Origin: Pseudovirgaria hyperparasitica
Taxonomy: Eukaryota
Length of the DNA stretch: 64,000 nucleotides
Reading direction: 5' to 3' (one strand)
Assembly (NCBI GenBank): GCA_010093815.1
Contig: ML996571.1
Part shown: piece after piece, positions 62,001 through 64,000 of the stretch
Layout of the letters: the number at the start of each line of letters is the position of its first letter
Numbering within the stretch: the first letter of the stretch is position 1
Notes under the pieces: model-generated
Database searches by the model: none
What the model was told of the DNA's origin: nothing
Seen by the model: the letters and a program-made list of their open reading frames with translations, nothing else
Made by a program: the position numbers and the translations under genes

Positions 62001-63257
62001 TCTAAATCCTAGATGGGACGAGACAATTGACATTACGACGACTGGACCTCTCAACCTCATAGCAACGATTTGGGATTGGGATACGATGGGCGACCACGAT
62101 TGTGTTGGTCGGACGTCGCTAAAGCTCGACCCTTCGCATTTCCGAGATTTCATGCCGCGGGAGTATTGGCTCGATCTGGACACTCAGGGGCGCTTGCTTC
62201 TACGTGTCAGTATGGAAGGCGAACGAGATGATATACAATTCTATTTTGGCAAAGCGTTCCGTACGTTGAAGCGTACAGAACGTGACATGACGCGAAAGAT
62301 CACCGATAAGCTATCGCCTTATGTGAGCTACTGTCTGTCAAGAAGAGCCTTACGAGCGCTTCTGTCACGAGGTTTGACAATGTCCGGTGTGGCCAGTTAC
62401 TTCCAACGAAACCGTCCTCAGTCAGTTGCTACCGGTCCTACCCATGCTGAGGTTGAGAGCGCACTCAAGCCCCTCTTCGACTACTTTGACGACAATTTCG
62501 GCATCATGAAAAATACACTTACAGACTCGGCCATGGTAATGGTGATGACTCGTCTCTGGAAGGAAGTCCTGGCCACTATCGAATCGCTCTTGGTCCCTCC
62601 ACTATCCGATAAACTCTCCGTGCAAAGGCCTCTTTCGCAGCAAGAACTTGACATCGTCTACAAGTGGTTACAGGTAAGTGCAGCAAGCCTAACTCTCATA
62701 CAGAGCAAGAAACTGATACCTCACAGTTCATCTTCGAGTTCTTCAACGCAGTTGATGAGGAGACAGGCATATCTCAAGGTGTTCCTGTTGATATTCTCAA
62801 ATCGCCAAAATACCACGAGCTACAAACGCTCAACTTCTTCTACTTCGAATCCACGGCAAACCTTATTCGCACTTCTGAGGGCATGGCATCTGCCACCGCC
62901 GCTCGTCAACAAGCCGAGGCTGCACGGGCTGCACGGCTCTCCGCCCCTGCGCACCTTGGCCACAGTTTTGGAGGTGGTGTCGGTCTGATGGGCATGCCCA
63001 CCCGGAAGCACAAGACGGTCATGCTAAGTAAGAATCTAGGGACCATGAGGAAGGCCAAGGAGGAGAAGCGGAAAGAGGCTCAAGCTGACCCGAATGACGA
63101 CATGATCTTGCGCATTCTTCGAATGCGTCCCGAAGCGGAGCGCTACTTGAAGGATCGCAGCAGACAAAAAGAACGGTTGGCTGCTGCCGCCGCGGCAGAG
63201 ATGATTGTGCGCCAAAGTTTGGTTCAGGGAAGTGGCAGGATCCGGGGGACGACATAG
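59081..63257 (+). CDS. Munc13-homology (MHD1/MHD2) and C2 domain protein (YOR296W/Git1-like)
   Basis: Three exons (introns 61679-61726, 62674-62726); HSVSAVDIYRSFN, VKLNNIE, C2 domain FTIKIIEAEDLKACDMNGLSDPYVVL..NLNPRWDE..IWDWD, PLFDYFDDNF, ILRILRMR. Confidence 0.92.
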
Positions 63258-64000
63258 GGCATGAACCAGAGCGTGCTGCAACGAGAGTGGAAAACCACGT
63301 GCATATATATTTGTGTTGAGGGATTTCCTGTCTCAACGTCCTTTTGGGGACCATGCATTTGATGAGCAGCGCGTGGTGTTACGGAGAAATCATATATCGG
63401 CTTTTGTTTTGTCGACGGCATGGCTTGCGGGATCTGCGATTGGTGTTTCTTGCTATGGACCGTGTTGTGTATCTCATAATGATGAAGATGATGTGTAGTG
63501 TATACCTGGGTGAGGTATGATGAAGGCAGAAAGTGTGAATGAGCTAGACAGAGACCTAATGATACCATTTCCTTTCACTCCAATAACGGGTCCTGTATCT
63601 TGCCGTACAGCCGCCATTTGCACGTGCTTGAGATGCGGACTTGAGCACTTGAGTCCATCATACTCTGTGTACTTTCATACTCCTTCCATTCATCTAATTA
63701 TTACAATACCCCTGTGCTAGCCATCGGGAGAGGCGTCCATGGATGAGTCCAATCTGCGACTCCGTCGATAGAATCATGAATGACTACATGTTCGACACGT
63801 CGAACTTACGTATCATGCGAAGTTTGTATAGATATAGATCTCATGCGGGATTAGGCTAGTTGTCATTGAGGAAAAGGCTTAAGAAGTATACTGTTTTACA
63901 TGTTCAATATGATCTTTATGCTGTGCCCGGCGTCTACATGTTTGTTCGATATATTCATGCCTCAGCCTTGCCGTGTATTAGACTCTCTGTCGAAACATGT

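Noticed and set aside
1..64000. Many short antisense or overlapping ORFs, and intact transposons
   Set aside because: The short ORFs are shadows of real genes; no transposase, RT, integrase, LTR or TIR was recognisable

Overview
Eukaryotic DNA from a filamentous ascomycete (short GT-AG introns with CTRAY branch sites; Pezizomycotina-like gene set). About 20 protein genes are supported: an S10 carboxypeptidase (runs off the left edge), TFIIA large subunit, the 9-1-1 clamp subunit Rad1/Rec1, GCN5, GWT1, a Cu-ATPase (CCC2-like), PAF-acetylhydrolase, a Zn-dependent formaldehyde-dehydrogenase-like enzyme, an ELL-like elongation factor, a UBE2C-type E2, a GIS2/CNBP zinc knuckle protein, a 14-exon DMC1, a bHLH factor and a Munc13-homology/C2 protein. 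Two accessory-looking blocks stand out. (1) 10.9-17.7 kb: an ankyrin-vWA(MIDAS) gene, an MDR/enoyl-reductase-like gene, and a tyrosinase that can splice in frame into a fungal-galectin-like C-terminal domain. (2) 30.5-32.5 kb: a secreted protein with PHM/DBH-like copper motifs, divergent from a small spliced secreted precursor ending ...EER-DQTSKGWYYCCVM* (CAAX). There are also two minisatellite-flanked assembly gaps, long gene-poor stretches (33-37 kb, 41-47.7 kb, 49-52 kb), and a candidate structured Pol III-like RNA at about 43.4-43.6 kb. All exon structures were read by eye and all family calls come from motif recognition; no database searches were run.
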